DNA of 64,000 nt from a virus. The stretch lies in IMG/VR virus record IMGVR_UViG_3300001102_000006; one strand, 5' to 3'. The position numbers were made by a program, and so were the translations under genes. This document shows, one piece after another, positions 10,355-19,965 of the stretch. Positions within the stretch are counted from its first letter, which is position 1. Every line of letters begins with the position of its first letter. The notes beneath the pieces were generated by a model, which ran no database searches, was not told the origin of the DNA, and worked only from the letters and a program-made list of their open reading frames with translations.

Positions 10355-10738
10355 TTACGTCTCCTTCGGTTGCGCACCGTTCATGGTGCCTTTGAGTTTA
10401 GCGATGATCCAAACCATCGCGCCGTTGATCCCGAGGTTTGCCATTTCATCCAGAAACAGCGTCGTGATCGAGAAGTCCAGCGCAATCACAAAGCCCTGTA
10501 TCGCCAGAAGTCCCCGTGCTGCCCACAGAAGGCCACGAGAGGCCAGATTGGGGTTGCTGCGCCGCAGGCGTTCGATCAGCCACAGAAGGGCACCACTGAC
10601 GCCCAGCGCCGCTAGTTCGTCAAAGAACAGGGTTTCCATGATGATGTCGGCGGCGATGATGAGGCCGTTGAAGCCGAGAAGAAGTCCCGCGATTAGCAGT
10701 GCGCCGCGCACCCACCAACGTCCTACCGACGCCGCCAT
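10355..10738 (-). CDS. Membrane protein with an internal two-fold repeat
   Basis: Hydrophobic segments; FFDELAALGVSGALLWLIERL vs FLDEMANLGINGAMVWIIAKL. Confidence 0.7.
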   Translation of the reverse strand: MAASVGRWWVRGALLIAGLLLGFNGLIIAADIIMETLFFDELAALGVSGALLWLIERLRRSNPNLASRGLLWAARGLLAIQGFVIALDFSITTLFLDEMANLGINGAMVWIIAKLKGTMNGAQPKET

Positions 10739-10915
10739 CAGATTGACTGCCAGCGGTGTGGCTTTTCAACCTTTGTCCCGGTCAGGACATAGCTGTAGGC
10801 CAAAACGAACAAGCGAACAGGGCGCATGATCGGGGAAAATTGGTAAAAGCGTTTCATGTGTTCCTCCTTATTTGTGTGGTGATGGGGCCGCGTTAGCGGC
10901 CCCGTCCGTGAGTGA

Positions 10916-11731
10916 TTACTGAATGGAGCGAATGATACTCGCAAAGCGCGCCAGTGCGGCGGGGTTTGCGGCGACCCAATCAGGGTTTGCGGCCCAGAAC
11001 GAACGCACTTCGATAGCGTCTTGCGAAACATTGCGCCAGCGTGCCGGGTGATCGATTTCGATGGTCGAGCGTGTGTAGAGAGCGCTGCGACCGAACTGGA
11101 AATCGTCAATGTCACGGTCGTCCAGTTCACCGAGTTCCCATCCCGCACCCAGAAGGGTTTGGATGATATCGGCGTCTGCCGAAGTCACGAGAATTGCCGC
11201 GTCGATCTCACCGAATTCAGCTTGGGTCGGTGCCAGAGCGAAAGGACCGAATACCGGTGTTGCCTCGGACCACGCAGACCCGTTGCCGTTCTCACCTTGC
11301 TCGATGCCCACGATGGTACGCCAGAAAAGCGCAGCGCCAGAGCCGATCTCGCCCACCAGAATGCTGTGGCTGGAGTCCAGATCATCCATTTCGTTGTAGC
11401 CGTCCGGCGGGAACAGGATGAAAGCGAATTCCTGTGCCGGGTAGGTCCCAACCGGTTGCAACGCGCAACCTTCGGAACGCATCTGAACCATGGCGTCGAT
11501 TTGCATGATGCCCAGTGGCGTATCGTTGTCGGCGCAGACAGACCGGGCGATGTCTTCGGAACCAGCAAAGTTCTCAGACTGCCAGCCGTCCCGGATTTGG
11601 GCAACAAAAGCGTCCGCGCGTGCGTCATATCCGCCGCCGTCGCGACCGGTGGCAATTGTTTGGGCCATGGCAGGCAGGGCCAGAGTGACTGCCGCAGCAG
11701 CCAGCACAAGTGTGCGAAGTTTCGTGATCAT
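10916..11731 (-). CDS. Secreted TAXI-type TRAP solute-binding-like protein
   Basis: Signal peptide, then IATGRDGGGY, AGSEDI, GIMQID and DL...ILVGEIGSG, which parallel TAXI motifs. Confidence 0.6.
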   Translation of the reverse strand: MITKLRTLVLAAAAVTLALPAMAQTIATGRDGGGYDARADAFVAQIRDGWQSENFAGSEDIARSVCADNDTPLGIMQIDAMVQMRSEGCALQPVGTYPAQEFAFILFPPDGYNEMDDLDSSHSILVGEIGSGAALFWRTIVGIEQGENGNGSAWSEATPVFGPFALAPTQAEFGEIDAAILVTSADADIIQTLLGAGWELGELDDRDIDDFQFGRSALYTRSTIEIDHPARWRNVSQDAIEVRSFWAANPDWVAANPAALARFASIIRSIQ

Positions 11732-11785
11732 GTGATCCTCCTTTTGGTTACGGTGTTTTTCGTATAAGTGATTCGTGGTGTGTTG

Positions 11786-12085
11786 TCAATCCAAATCTGT
11801 AAACCGAATTTTCACACCATCCTCGGCTTCGACCGTGAAGCCGGGTGTAGACGACTCCGGGTCTGCGGCGTATTCGTCTGCCCAACCTTCGGGTCCGCCC
11901 TCCCAGAAAATGAGAAACCCAAATTCCCCGTCTTCTGGTTTACGAAGCAATGCACGCCCACCATACACTTTGGCAGCTTCGTGGACGCTGCTCCAAAGAG
12001 CGTGTGCTGCATGAAATGCCGTAGTCATGTGTGACACAGCGATAAGGACCACAGGCTGATTCGTAACTGTAGCAACTTCAATCAT
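11786..12085 (-). CDS. Hypothetical protein
   Basis: ORF with RBS in operon. Confidence 0.6.
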   Translation of the reverse strand: MIEVATVTNQPVVLIAVSHMTTAFHAAHALWSSVHEAAKVYGGRALLRKPEDGEFGFLIFWEGGPEGWADEYAADPESSTPGFTVEAEDGVKIRFTDLD

Positions 12086-12443
12086 GTTGTTTGTTCCTTT
12101 CCCGGCTAAACCGCATTTTTTTGTTGCGGAGAAGCATGAATAATGGTAGTGAAAATGGAAACGATGTATGCCAAAATAGCAAATTCTCGTAATGGACCAT
12201 CGTAATGTAAACGATCTTTGCCATGTCCTCGGGAGATGCCAGCACGCGAACCGGTATCATTCGCTCTGCAAAAAGCTCTCCCTCATGTTCCCATTGTCCC
12301 TTAGCGGGCTGATAGATCGTAAGTCCGCCGCTGACCGCACGAACTTTTTCATCCCACGCCTTGTGGTGACGCATACGTACCGGCGTACCGTCATTCCATT
12401 GGCAAGGGACCAGAATTTCATACAAGTTTTTCTCAGAGGTCAT
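12078..12443 (-). CDS. Conserved-looking phage protein, possibly frameshifted near the C-terminus
   Basis: YEILVP...HHKAWDEKVRAVSGGLTI...ERMIPVRV; an alternative frame after HY gives EFAILAYIVS...stop. Confidence 0.55.
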   Translation of the reverse strand: MTSEKNLYEILVPCQWNDGTPVRMRHHKAWDEKVRAVSGGLTIYQPAKGQWEHEGELFAERMIPVRVLASPEDMAKIVYITMVHYENLLFWHTSFPFSLPLFMLLRNKKMRFSRERNKQHD

Positions 12444-12735
12444 CGAGAAGCCTCACAATTCGGTCGGCAGGAACTGCCCCGGCAACAGCGTCCATGACGC
12501 GTCCATCTACGAACAGGACGAACAGCGGAATCTGTTTGACCGCATACTTAGACGGGATATCTGGGTTCCCCTCAAGGTCGAACTTACCCATTGTGACCTC
12601 ACCCTTGAGTAGGGCTTTTACATGGTCGAATGTAGGTTCCGCCAGCAGAGATGGTCCGGCAAAATCCGCCTTGAACATCACCAAAAGTGGGCCAGATGTG
12701 TGTGCGTCAAAGTTTTCATCATTGAGTATAAGCAT
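12433..12735 (-). CDS. Thioredoxin-fold protein lacking both active-site cysteines
   Basis: Aligns to TrxA (LNDENF, FKADFAGPS in place of FWAEWCGPC, NPDIPSKY, QIP, AGAV). Confidence 0.85.
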   Translation of the reverse strand: MLILNDENFDAHTSGPLLVMFKADFAGPSLLAEPTFDHVKALLKGEVTMGKFDLEGNPDIPSKYAVKQIPLFVLFVDGRVMDAVAGAVPADRIVRLLDDL

Positions 12736-13166
12736 CAGAACAACGGTATCACTTCCTCTGGGTCCATGGCAGACAGTTGATTGACTTCGGATTCCCAAAA
12801 TACCCGCTTGCGTTCGGCGTTAGGGTCATCCGGGTTATCCCACTCAACATCACGCGCGATTGCCTGTTGGCGTCTCGCCTTCTGCAATTCGACTGCGGCT
12901 GTGCTGAGCATGATTACCTCCTGTGATTCGTTTCTACAACATATAAGGTTGACAGAAACGTGTCAACACGAAAAAGGGGCTTTCGCCCCTTCATCATCTA
13001 CTCGCCTGTGGTCCAGCTTCGCACTGAATCAAGAAAACCCGGCGCGCTGGTTATCGCCCCTTGGACGGTGTTTCGGGCCATATCACACGTGTTCGGCAAC
13101 GCCCAAACAATCATAGTCGCCGTGAACATGCCCAGCACAAAAAGAAAGATATTTTTCCACATGTCC

Positions 13167-13535
13167 TCATCCCTTCAAAAGTTGTGGGCGACCAGTTTGC
13201 AGTGCCCGCCGGTTCAAATCCTGTTGTTCGATCTGCCCCAGAATGACATGGTGGGCATCCTGAACCGCCAGAGCGATGTTGTCTACAAATGGCAGCATCT
13301 TCGCCCGCCCTTCGGGCGTCTTGGGGTCCGCACCAAATGCAGCAAACATGCGCAGGATAACAGGCTGGGAGGCTTGTTCAATGATTTGTTTGGGCTGCAT
13401 GCGCATCGCGGCGAGAACCTTTGCGTAGTCCGCCAAAACAGAAATGCTGTTGGTTCCAAAAACGTCACACAGCATGTCGCGAGAATCTGTAAATCCGGAT
13501 AGGACCACATCATCCACAGTTGTTTGTTCAGTCAT
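13167..13535 (-). CDS. Hypothetical protein
   Basis: ORF with RBS in operon. Confidence 0.6.
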   Translation of the reverse strand: MTEQTTVDDVVLSGFTDSRDMLCDVFGTNSISVLADYAKVLAAMRMQPKQIIEQASQPVILRMFAAFGADPKTPEGRAKMLPFVDNIALAVQDAHHVILGQIEQQDLNRRALQTGRPQLLKG

Positions 13536-13764
13536 TTTGATCTCCTTCGAGTTTGCTTTGCCCCAATTCGGTGACTTTATAGCTGGTTGTAAATCTGCGA
13601 TCTTTGGCGTTCACAACTTCAATTCCCCCAAATCGAAATAAGAGGGCTGCAATACGCTGATCTCCGCAGGGCATCAAGCGTTTATCTTGATTTGCGATGT
13701 CTTGAAGAACGCGTCTACTGCGGACGCTTTTAAGTGTGTTGTCCAGTGCTACCGACAATTTCAT
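13528..13764 (-). CDS. Hypothetical protein (possible winged-helix)
   Basis: Ends YKVTELGQSKL. Confidence 0.5.
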   Translation of the reverse strand: MKLSVALDNTLKSVRSRRVLQDIANQDKRLMPCGDQRIAALLFRFGGIEVVNAKDRRFTTSYKVTELGQSKLEGDQND

Positions 13765-13925
13765 TCAACCTGATTGTTGCAGTTACCGCTTCGTCAAATT
13801 CTTCACGGCAGGTGGATAGGTGTGTGCATTCCCAAAGTTGTTGAAATGTCATTCCCGAAAAGAACGCATTGCCAATTGCACTTCCCATGTAGGCGAAAGT
13901 GTCAATTTCAAAATCGGGGTCTAAA

Positions 13926-15074
13926 TCAGGCATTCACAACCATTTCCAAAAGATCGTCTTTCTCGGCTGTAAGGCCAGTTTCGATCCATATTTCTTTTGC
14001 ATCTTGCAGCGCTTTACCCATTTCTGGGCCGGGTTCAAAACCAAGCTGCATTAGATCGGCTGCCCGCACCGGGAATTGTGCATTCTCGCCACGCGCCGCT
14101 TCTCCGTGGCTCCATCCACCACAGCTTATTCTCAGCGCGTGTGCATCTTTTGCCACAAGCTTCCCATAAAGGTGCGTAGATACAGCAATTGGGTACTGCA
14201 TGTCAAGTGCTTCTGCAATTTTATCGAGATGTTTCTGCTCATTGTTTGCGTGAGGAAACGGAATTGCATTGCCGTGCAAGGCGTAAAAACGCCGTGTCCA
14301 GCTTGCGGAAAAAAGATTTGTCCGTTCTGCCATTTGCACAGCAAAGAAAGCTTTCATGTCGGCGTTAGGCAGAATTTCTTGCAGAACACCTAAACGGTTC
14401 ATTTCTGCAATAGCTTGAAATGGCTCAGGCAGATCAAGAATCTTTTTCAATTCAGACCAAACACGCTCTCCGCTGACAACCGTTGGCAGAGCGTACTTGT
14501 GCTTCCACGCCGCGTTAGCGGCGTCTGGGTGAAGCTCATCGATTCCGTATTTGGCGTGAAACCGAAACAAACGCATGATGCGAAGATAATCTTCACGGCA
14601 ACGCTGTTCGGCGTCCCCTACAAAACGTACTACGCCCTCCACGATATCATCAACACCTGTACCGGTGGGATCGTAAACGTTGCCACCTCGATCCATGTAC
14701 AGCGCGTTCATGGTGAAGTCTCGGCGCTGGGCGTCTTCTTCCATTGTCTTCGCAAACTCTACCGTGGCACGGCGTCCATCTGTGGCGACATCATAACGAT
14801 AGGTCGTCACTTCAAAAGTCTGATCACCTTTGCAAATTGTGATCGTGCCATGATCAATTCCCGTAGGATACGTCTTGAACCCGAACCACTTGAACATCTG
14901 CAAAAGCTTGTGTGGCGGAGCGTCCGTCGCAATGTCAATATCATTGCAGGGTACTTCCGCAATGGCATCTCGAACACAACCTCCAACCGCATAGGCTTCA
15001 AAGTTATGTTGTTCAAGAACCATGCAAGCTTCTTGAAACTCAGGCAGGGACAGCCATGGCGGAGAGAATTTCAT
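13926..15074 (-). CDS. cca: CCA-adding enzyme / class II tRNA nucleotidyltransferase
   Basis: VGGCVRD, DIDIAT, EVTTYR, RRDFTMNAL, EDYLRIMRLFRF, SGERVWSEL. Confidence 0.92.
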   Translation of the reverse strand: MKFSPPWLSLPEFQEACMVLEQHNFEAYAVGGCVRDAIAEVPCNDIDIATDAPPHKLLQMFKWFGFKTYPTGIDHGTITICKGDQTFEVTTYRYDVATDGRRATVEFAKTMEEDAQRRDFTMNALYMDRGGNVYDPTGTGVDDIVEGVVRFVGDAEQRCREDYLRIMRLFRFHAKYGIDELHPDAANAAWKHKYALPTVVSGERVWSELKKILDLPEPFQAIAEMNRLGVLQEILPNADMKAFFAVQMAERTNLFSASWTRRFYALHGNAIPFPHANNEQKHLDKIAEALDMQYPIAVSTHLYGKLVAKDAHALRISCGGWSHGEAARGENAQFPVRAADLMQLGFEPGPEMGKALQDAKEIWIETGLTAEKDDLLEMVVNA

Positions 15075-15466
15075 ATTGTTTTCCCTGTAACCAGTGCGTC
15101 AAGAAAATCAACAACGAGTTGATTGATCGTCGGCGCGCGTTCAGGCAATTGAGAAAGACCAGTTCCCAAGCCATCTGCCGGGATGATCAGTAGACGCCCG
15201 CGTGAGCGGGCATCGAATGCCTTGAGAAAGTCTTCTGTGATGATGGGTGAAATGCGTTCGAGATCATCATCCGAAAAGAAAGACGTTTCACGATTGTCCG
15301 GTGCCCACTTTGTAGCGATGCCGATTGCATTGGGTTCGCCGCGCATTGCGGCTGCTTGTCCGCCCATACCTTTACGGCGCACGTTGTCCCCAAACAGAAA
15401 CACTGCGTTCGGGTTGTTGCGCAGGTCGTCGCGCTCAATCCATTTCTGTGTGTAAATTTTCACCAT
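15071..15466 (-). CDS. Conserved phage protein (FLFGDN...GMGGQA family)
   Basis: FLFGDN, GGQAAAMRGEPNAIGIATK, DGLGTGLSQL motifs. Confidence 0.65.
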   Translation of the reverse strand: MVKIYTQKWIERDDLRNNPNAVFLFGDNVRRKGMGGQAAAMRGEPNAIGIATKWAPDNRETSFFSDDDLERISPIITEDFLKAFDARSRGRLLIIPADGLGTGLSQLPERAPTINQLVVDFLDALVTGKTI

Positions 15467-15575
15467 ATCATTGCTCCCACCACAACACCGGCACCAAACA
15501 CAAGTGCAAGGGCGGCAAAAACATACGGAGCGACGGGACCCATTGCCATGAGCATAAGACGGACGTAATCAAACA

Positions 15576-16277
15576 TCATGATGCTTTATTTTCCTCCATC
15601 CATTTAGTCGTTGCAGTGTTGATCAGGTCGAACAGGTCGTTCGGACGCTGGCGAGAATCACCTTGCACGACATTGATTTCTTCGCAGGTCAGGCCAAGCG
15701 GTGCCCAGACTTCATCGTTGTGCCCTACTGTGAGATTTGGAGTCCCGTAAAGAGCAGACTTGCGTGTCCATTCTTCCAGCTTGAAGGCGAGACGTGCTTT
15801 CGGTGTGTTGGCTTTGCCTTCTGCCCGAACATGCCCACGCATCATCGCACAGAAGACGAGGATGTCCCCGCACTTGTCACGCCATTCCGCAGTCTTGCGT
15901 TTGCCACGTTCCTGCATTCCAATGAGATCGGCCTGCCTCTTGATGATGTCACCGGCGACAGCAGCCGCATACGACATACTGCGCATGGCATCTTCGATAT
16001 CAAGTTCTTCGCGGTGCGTGTGAGGCTCACGCAGCGTGTACATTCTGCCCCAGTTCCGGCGATTCAAGGCGAAGTCGATGACCATATCGCCATCACAGTC
16101 GCGCTGATACTTCGCCTCAAGGATGTCTGCGAACACTTCTGAAAGCTCCCGCAGATCATCGTCTGTCACAGGAGGCCAACTGGCGTCCTGTTCCAGAATA
16201 GGATTCTCAAGGAAGGCTTTGACTTTGGTAACAACCGCGTCCGCAGTTGGGCCTTCGTAATTCAGTGGCTCGGGCAT
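15576..16277 (-). CDS. Hypothetical protein
   Basis: AGGAG RBS and its own promoter. Confidence 0.65.
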   Translation of the reverse strand: MPEPLNYEGPTADAVVTKVKAFLENPILEQDASWPPVTDDDLRELSEVFADILEAKYQRDCDGDMVIDFALNRRNWGRMYTLREPHTHREELDIEDAMRSMSYAAAVAGDIIKRQADLIGMQERGKRKTAEWRDKCGDILVFCAMMRGHVRAEGKANTPKARLAFKLEEWTRKSALYGTPNLTVGHNDEVWAPLGLTCEEINVVQGDSRQRPNDLFDLINTATTKWMEENKAS

Positions 16278-16439
16278 GTGGGTCTCCTTCTGTGGGTTTC
16301 CCTACAGATACGAGTTCACCAACGATTCGTCAAGCCCAAAAGGAGAAGTTCTGGATGGTCATAATAGATCGAATGCGGCACTGTGATGAGGCCAATAGAC
16401 GCCGCCACGACAATCAGATAGCTAACAATCACACGCATA

Positions 16440-17042
16440 TCAGACCTCCAAGTCAAGGTAACTGTTGATACCAAGGCACACAAATCGCGTACCATTGACC
16501 ACACGGTCCACATCCTCGTGCCAGTGCCCGAAGACCCATGTCTCAGGCTGATGCCGCTGGAACATGCCTTCCAGCGCCTCTGCGGTGCGTGTCTTGTACT
16601 GCTTCTTGCTGGTGCCTGCGATAAAGAAATCTAACGCCACAGACGTGGGGCAGTCATGCGTCACGACAGTTTTTGGTTTGTGATAGACCATGAGTTCGTG
16701 CATGCGTACTAACTCAGAAGTGGAAAGTTCTTCGTCGTACCACCAGTTCAAACCGGGTGTTCGGATGCTGTGATCGATTGACCAAGCCCCGCCAATGTAG
16801 AGGATGCCGCGCTCATCGTAAGTGCCGTCCTCAATATATCCGACACGCTCTTTGCAACGTCCCGGATCGTCGTGATTGCCACGAATGAATTTATGTTGCC
16901 CGTCTTTGTGCAACTCGTCCACAAACTCGTCATCTCGGATGAAACCGATTCCAAAGTCCCCTACCTGCACGCTTTCTGTTGCCCCTGCAATCAAAGGCAT
17001 GTAGCTATATAGGTCTCCGTGAATATCACCGATCAGTCGCAT
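16440..17042 (-). CDS. Calcineurin-like metallophosphoesterase
   Basis: GDIHG, VGDFG, RGNHD, VTHDCP, FGHWH. Confidence 0.92.
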   Translation of the reverse strand: MRLIGDIHGDLYSYMPLIAGATESVQVGDFGIGFIRDDEFVDELHKDGQHKFIRGNHDDPGRCKERVGYIEDGTYDERGILYIGGAWSIDHSIRTPGLNWWYDEELSTSELVRMHELMVYHKPKTVVTHDCPTSVALDFFIAGTSKKQYKTRTAEALEGMFQRHQPETWVFGHWHEDVDRVVNGTRFVCLGINSYLDLEV

Positions 17043-17068
17043 TTGTCACATTTCTTTTGTGGGGCTAA

Positions 17069-17575
17069 TCACTTAGCCCGATTGAGTATCTTGCGCAATG
17101 CTTCGGCGTTTCCGCGCGCATCATCCAAGGCGTTGTGGGTGTGTTTGGTGTCACGCAGGCGCTTCCACTTAGAAGCTGCCCCGACCTTGCCCTCAAGACC
17201 GGCGTAAAAATCACCAATGCGGCGCATGCTCCAACCCATTGGGTTACCGTCTGTGTACAACCACAGGTATCCATTGACAAATTGCCAATCAAAGCCGGGA
17301 TTGTCTGACCAAACCGGAATTCGTTTGCCGCCGTAAGTTTCCCGAAGCCAGCGATTGAAGGCGAGAACACCAACGCGAGGATCAGGATACTTTTGGATCG
17401 TGCTTTCGCTCAATCCGATTGCTTCGAGCGCGCGGGGATCAATGTCCCGACCTTCAAGCGGACGCATTTCCGCGTAAAAATCATTTCCTTCCAGATCGAC
17501 AGCGCCGATCTGGATCATTGAGTGCGTCATGGCGCTTCCGCCAGTAGCCTCTACATCTATAACAAGTCCATTCAT
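17069..17575 (-). CDS. DEDDh 3'-5' exonuclease (Rv2179c-like exoribonuclease)
   Basis: IDVEATG, DNPGFDWQF, HTHNALDDA. Confidence 0.88.
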   Translation of the reverse strand: MNGLVIDVEATGGSAMTHSMIQIGAVDLEGNDFYAEMRPLEGRDIDPRALEAIGLSESTIQKYPDPRVGVLAFNRWLRETYGGKRIPVWSDNPGFDWQFVNGYLWLYTDGNPMGWSMRRIGDFYAGLEGKVGAASKWKRLRDTKHTHNALDDARGNAEALRKILNRAK

Positions 17576-17606
17576 GTGCCCGTCCTATCATGCAGAGATT
17601 GAGATG

Positions 17607-18251
17607 TCAAGCGTAAACCGCTTCATCCTGCGCCTGCGCTGCCAAATGCTCCGCCAACACCCCAGCAAATTGTTCTTTGCTCATTTTGGAATATGCCTTG
17701 CGGACACCGGGCAAGCGCATGGTTTGGACGACAGAAACCTTACGGGGTGCCTCATCGAAAACCTTGCGGACGATACAGGGCAATTGATCGTACGCTTCCA
17801 TTTCAGCCGCTGCAACACGTTTCAAAAGATTAGACATTTGGCACCTCCACTTTGGCAAAATCATTGCGAACAACGTGTTCTTCGTCGGTCACACGAAAAT
17901 TTCGGTTCCTTTTCAGTATGCGCACGAACATGCTTTTTGCTGTGAAGCGCGAAACCACACACAAGCGGGATTCTGCGTTGCGACCTGTTGTGCTGTAAAA
18001 GATGTGATCACCTACGACCACATCCTTCCCGAGAAAGTCTTTCATACTGGTGCGCATCAGACAACCACCCCATTCAAAGCGTTGCGAGCGCACGTCTTAC
18101 CGAAGGGATAGCCACCCAGATCATCGTGGCCTTCCGGGATGTCATCGTGATCCGCGACGTATTTGTCATCGGTATTGTCGTAAACAAGCCAGACCGTCTT
18201 CGTCGGGTCCAGTGTTCGTCCGCAGCAGTGGCAAGTAAGTCTCTCGGTCAT
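17607..18251 (-). CDS. Three small hypothetical ORFs (17607-17840, 17830-18057, 18057-18251)
   Basis: Tightly coupled ORFs with RBS. Confidence 0.55.
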
Positions 18252-18324
18252 GGGTTCCTCCTTGTAGCTTGTCTCTACACTAAGCCACCCATGACCGATT
18301 CGTCAAGACCTTTTTTGCTCTATC

Positions 18325-19137
18325 TTACTTTTCGAATATGAACGCAGTACGATCCTCTAGCCCTGCCCAGTCTACGGCTTGGCGTGTGATTTGTGTACGT
18401 GTGACCAGATCATTGCGTGGTGGGCGGTGGTCAGCGGGGATGGCGGTCCATTCGCGTTCGGTGAGCTTACGTTCTACTGTCTCACGGTAGAAGGTTCGGC
18501 CAAAGCGATCTTCGGGAGACACCACTTGATAGAAGTCCGGACCACCCGCGTCGATGACTGCTGCTATTTGCTCAGCAGAACTCAGTCCCTGCATCTTTTT
18601 GTGGCTCATATGTGATCGAGCGAAAGAAGATACTGCATTCTTTCTGGCGTCGAGAAAACGCCACAAAACAGTGTTTGCTGCTTCCATCTGGCTTGGAACA
18701 TTCCAAACACGGCAATCAAAATGAGGGCATGCGCGCACAGCAAGCGAGCGCGTATTGTCGCTCTGCTTCACAAGCTCGACAGCAAATTTACTGCTGGCCA
18801 TGCCTGCGAGCACACTGCAAAGCTTCTGTGTTCGCCCATCAAAAAGCATCTGTGCCGCCGGGTTTTCTTCCCGATCTACATACCAAACAAGTGTGATTTC
18901 GTCTGATTGCGTGTAGCCGATACTTGCATGGGTCTCACGCACAAGGTGCGCGGTTGTAGCGTCCATTACGGCTGTTACGCGCTTGTCAAACGGCTTCTCA
19001 AAAGGCTTGGTGAACTTGGAGAAAGACCGCCCGTCAATACGTGCAACCACAGGCAGGGTGGTATCCAGCCGCCGATGGGCTTCGACGCCTTCGTATTCTT
19101 TCATGCGGTCGCCTAAATCGTCTTTACTCATCATCAT
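18325..19137 (-). CDS. thg1: tRNA(His) guanylyltransferase-like protein (Thg1/TLP)
   Basis: RIDGRSFSKFT, YTQSDEI, FDGRTQKL, FDCRV, DARKN. Confidence 0.93.
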   Translation of the reverse strand: MMMSKDDLGDRMKEYEGVEAHRRLDTTLPVVARIDGRSFSKFTKPFEKPFDKRVTAVMDATTAHLVRETHASIGYTQSDEITLVWYVDREENPAAQMLFDGRTQKLCSVLAGMASSKFAVELVKQSDNTRSLAVRACPHFDCRVWNVPSQMEAANTVLWRFLDARKNAVSSFARSHMSHKKMQGLSSAEQIAAVIDAGGPDFYQVVSPEDRFGRTFYRETVERKLTEREWTAIPADHRPPRNDLVTRTQITRQAVDWAGLEDRTAFIFEK

Positions 19138-19510
19138 CCTCCCTGTCCAAACAGTCCTTCATTCGGTAGTAAATATCCCCTACCTTGTCCCACGACGCAT
19201 CGTGCTCAAGGCGTCGGCACAGCGTCTCCATTTCAGATGAAGACAGCATCATCGTGCCACTGTCTCCCGGAGAAGACCGTGCATAGTGCCGCCAAATTTC
19301 AGAAACCAATTCACGCATCACGCGAACAATCTCATGCGTCATACCATGAAACATGTCGGCGTTGATCTTCATGTATTGCTCGGAATGATGGCGTAATGCA
19401 CATTCACCAATTTGTCCTTGGCGTTCGAAGTCATCATGATTCTTCATGCACTGTCGCATGTCGGCGTCCGTCATCTCTGTGTGGATATACTCGCGAAGTG
19501 TCAGCATCAC
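19124..19510 (-). CDS. Hypothetical protein
   Basis: ORF in operon. Confidence 0.55.
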   Translation of the reverse strand: MMLTLREYIHTEMTDADMRQCMKNHDDFERQGQIGECALRHHSEQYMKINADMFHGMTHEIVRVMRELVSEIWRHYARSSPGDSGTMMLSSSEMETLCRRLEHDASWDKVGDIYYRMKDCLDREDDDE

Positions 19511-19917
19511 AGCCCCATCATCTTTGCCATGTCAGACTTGGCTTGATCAGTCACGGTGGGTTTCTTTGTCGAACGCCGGTTGGGTCCACGCACTTCACCC
19601 TTGCCCGCGTAGCGGGGCATGTGAGAGCACACGTCATCCAGTAGCTTCTTGCGGGCGGCAGCGGAATACGCCGCGCGGCTGCCTTTGGCAAAATCAGAGC
19701 GTGTGGTGTATTTGGACGCTTCGGCCCGGATCAGGTCTTCTGTCCACACAAAACGTGCAGAAAACATATGCGCACACGCGTCTTCCAACCAGCCTCGGCG
19801 GCGAGCGGTCATGTAGGCGTGATTGTCCTTATCATGAAAGTCACCAGCAGTTTGATAGTTGGAGGCCCGTTCCATGACCATCTCTTTGGTCCATTTTGTA
19901 TATTGCCGTTTGGCCAT
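19507..19917 (-). CDS. Small protein with two tandem DNA-binding-like repeats (homing-endonuclease-associated type)
   Basis: WTKEMVMERASNY...AY..ARR.GWLEDACAHM repeated as WTEDLIRAEASKY...AY.AARKKLLDDVCSHM. Confidence 0.6.
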   Translation of the reverse strand: MAKRQYTKWTKEMVMERASNYQTAGDFHDKDNHAYMTARRRGWLEDACAHMFSARFVWTEDLIRAEASKYTTRSDFAKGSRAAYSAAARKKLLDDVCSHMPRYAGKGEVRGPNRRSTKKPTVTDQAKSDMAKMMGL

Positions 19918-19965
19918 ACACTGTCCTCCTTATGATTCGTTTGGGTTTTTCGTTCAACCTTACTT

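Noticed and set aside
12104-12200. Diversity-generating retroelement variable region
   Set aside because: No reverse transcriptase and no second template copy in the window.
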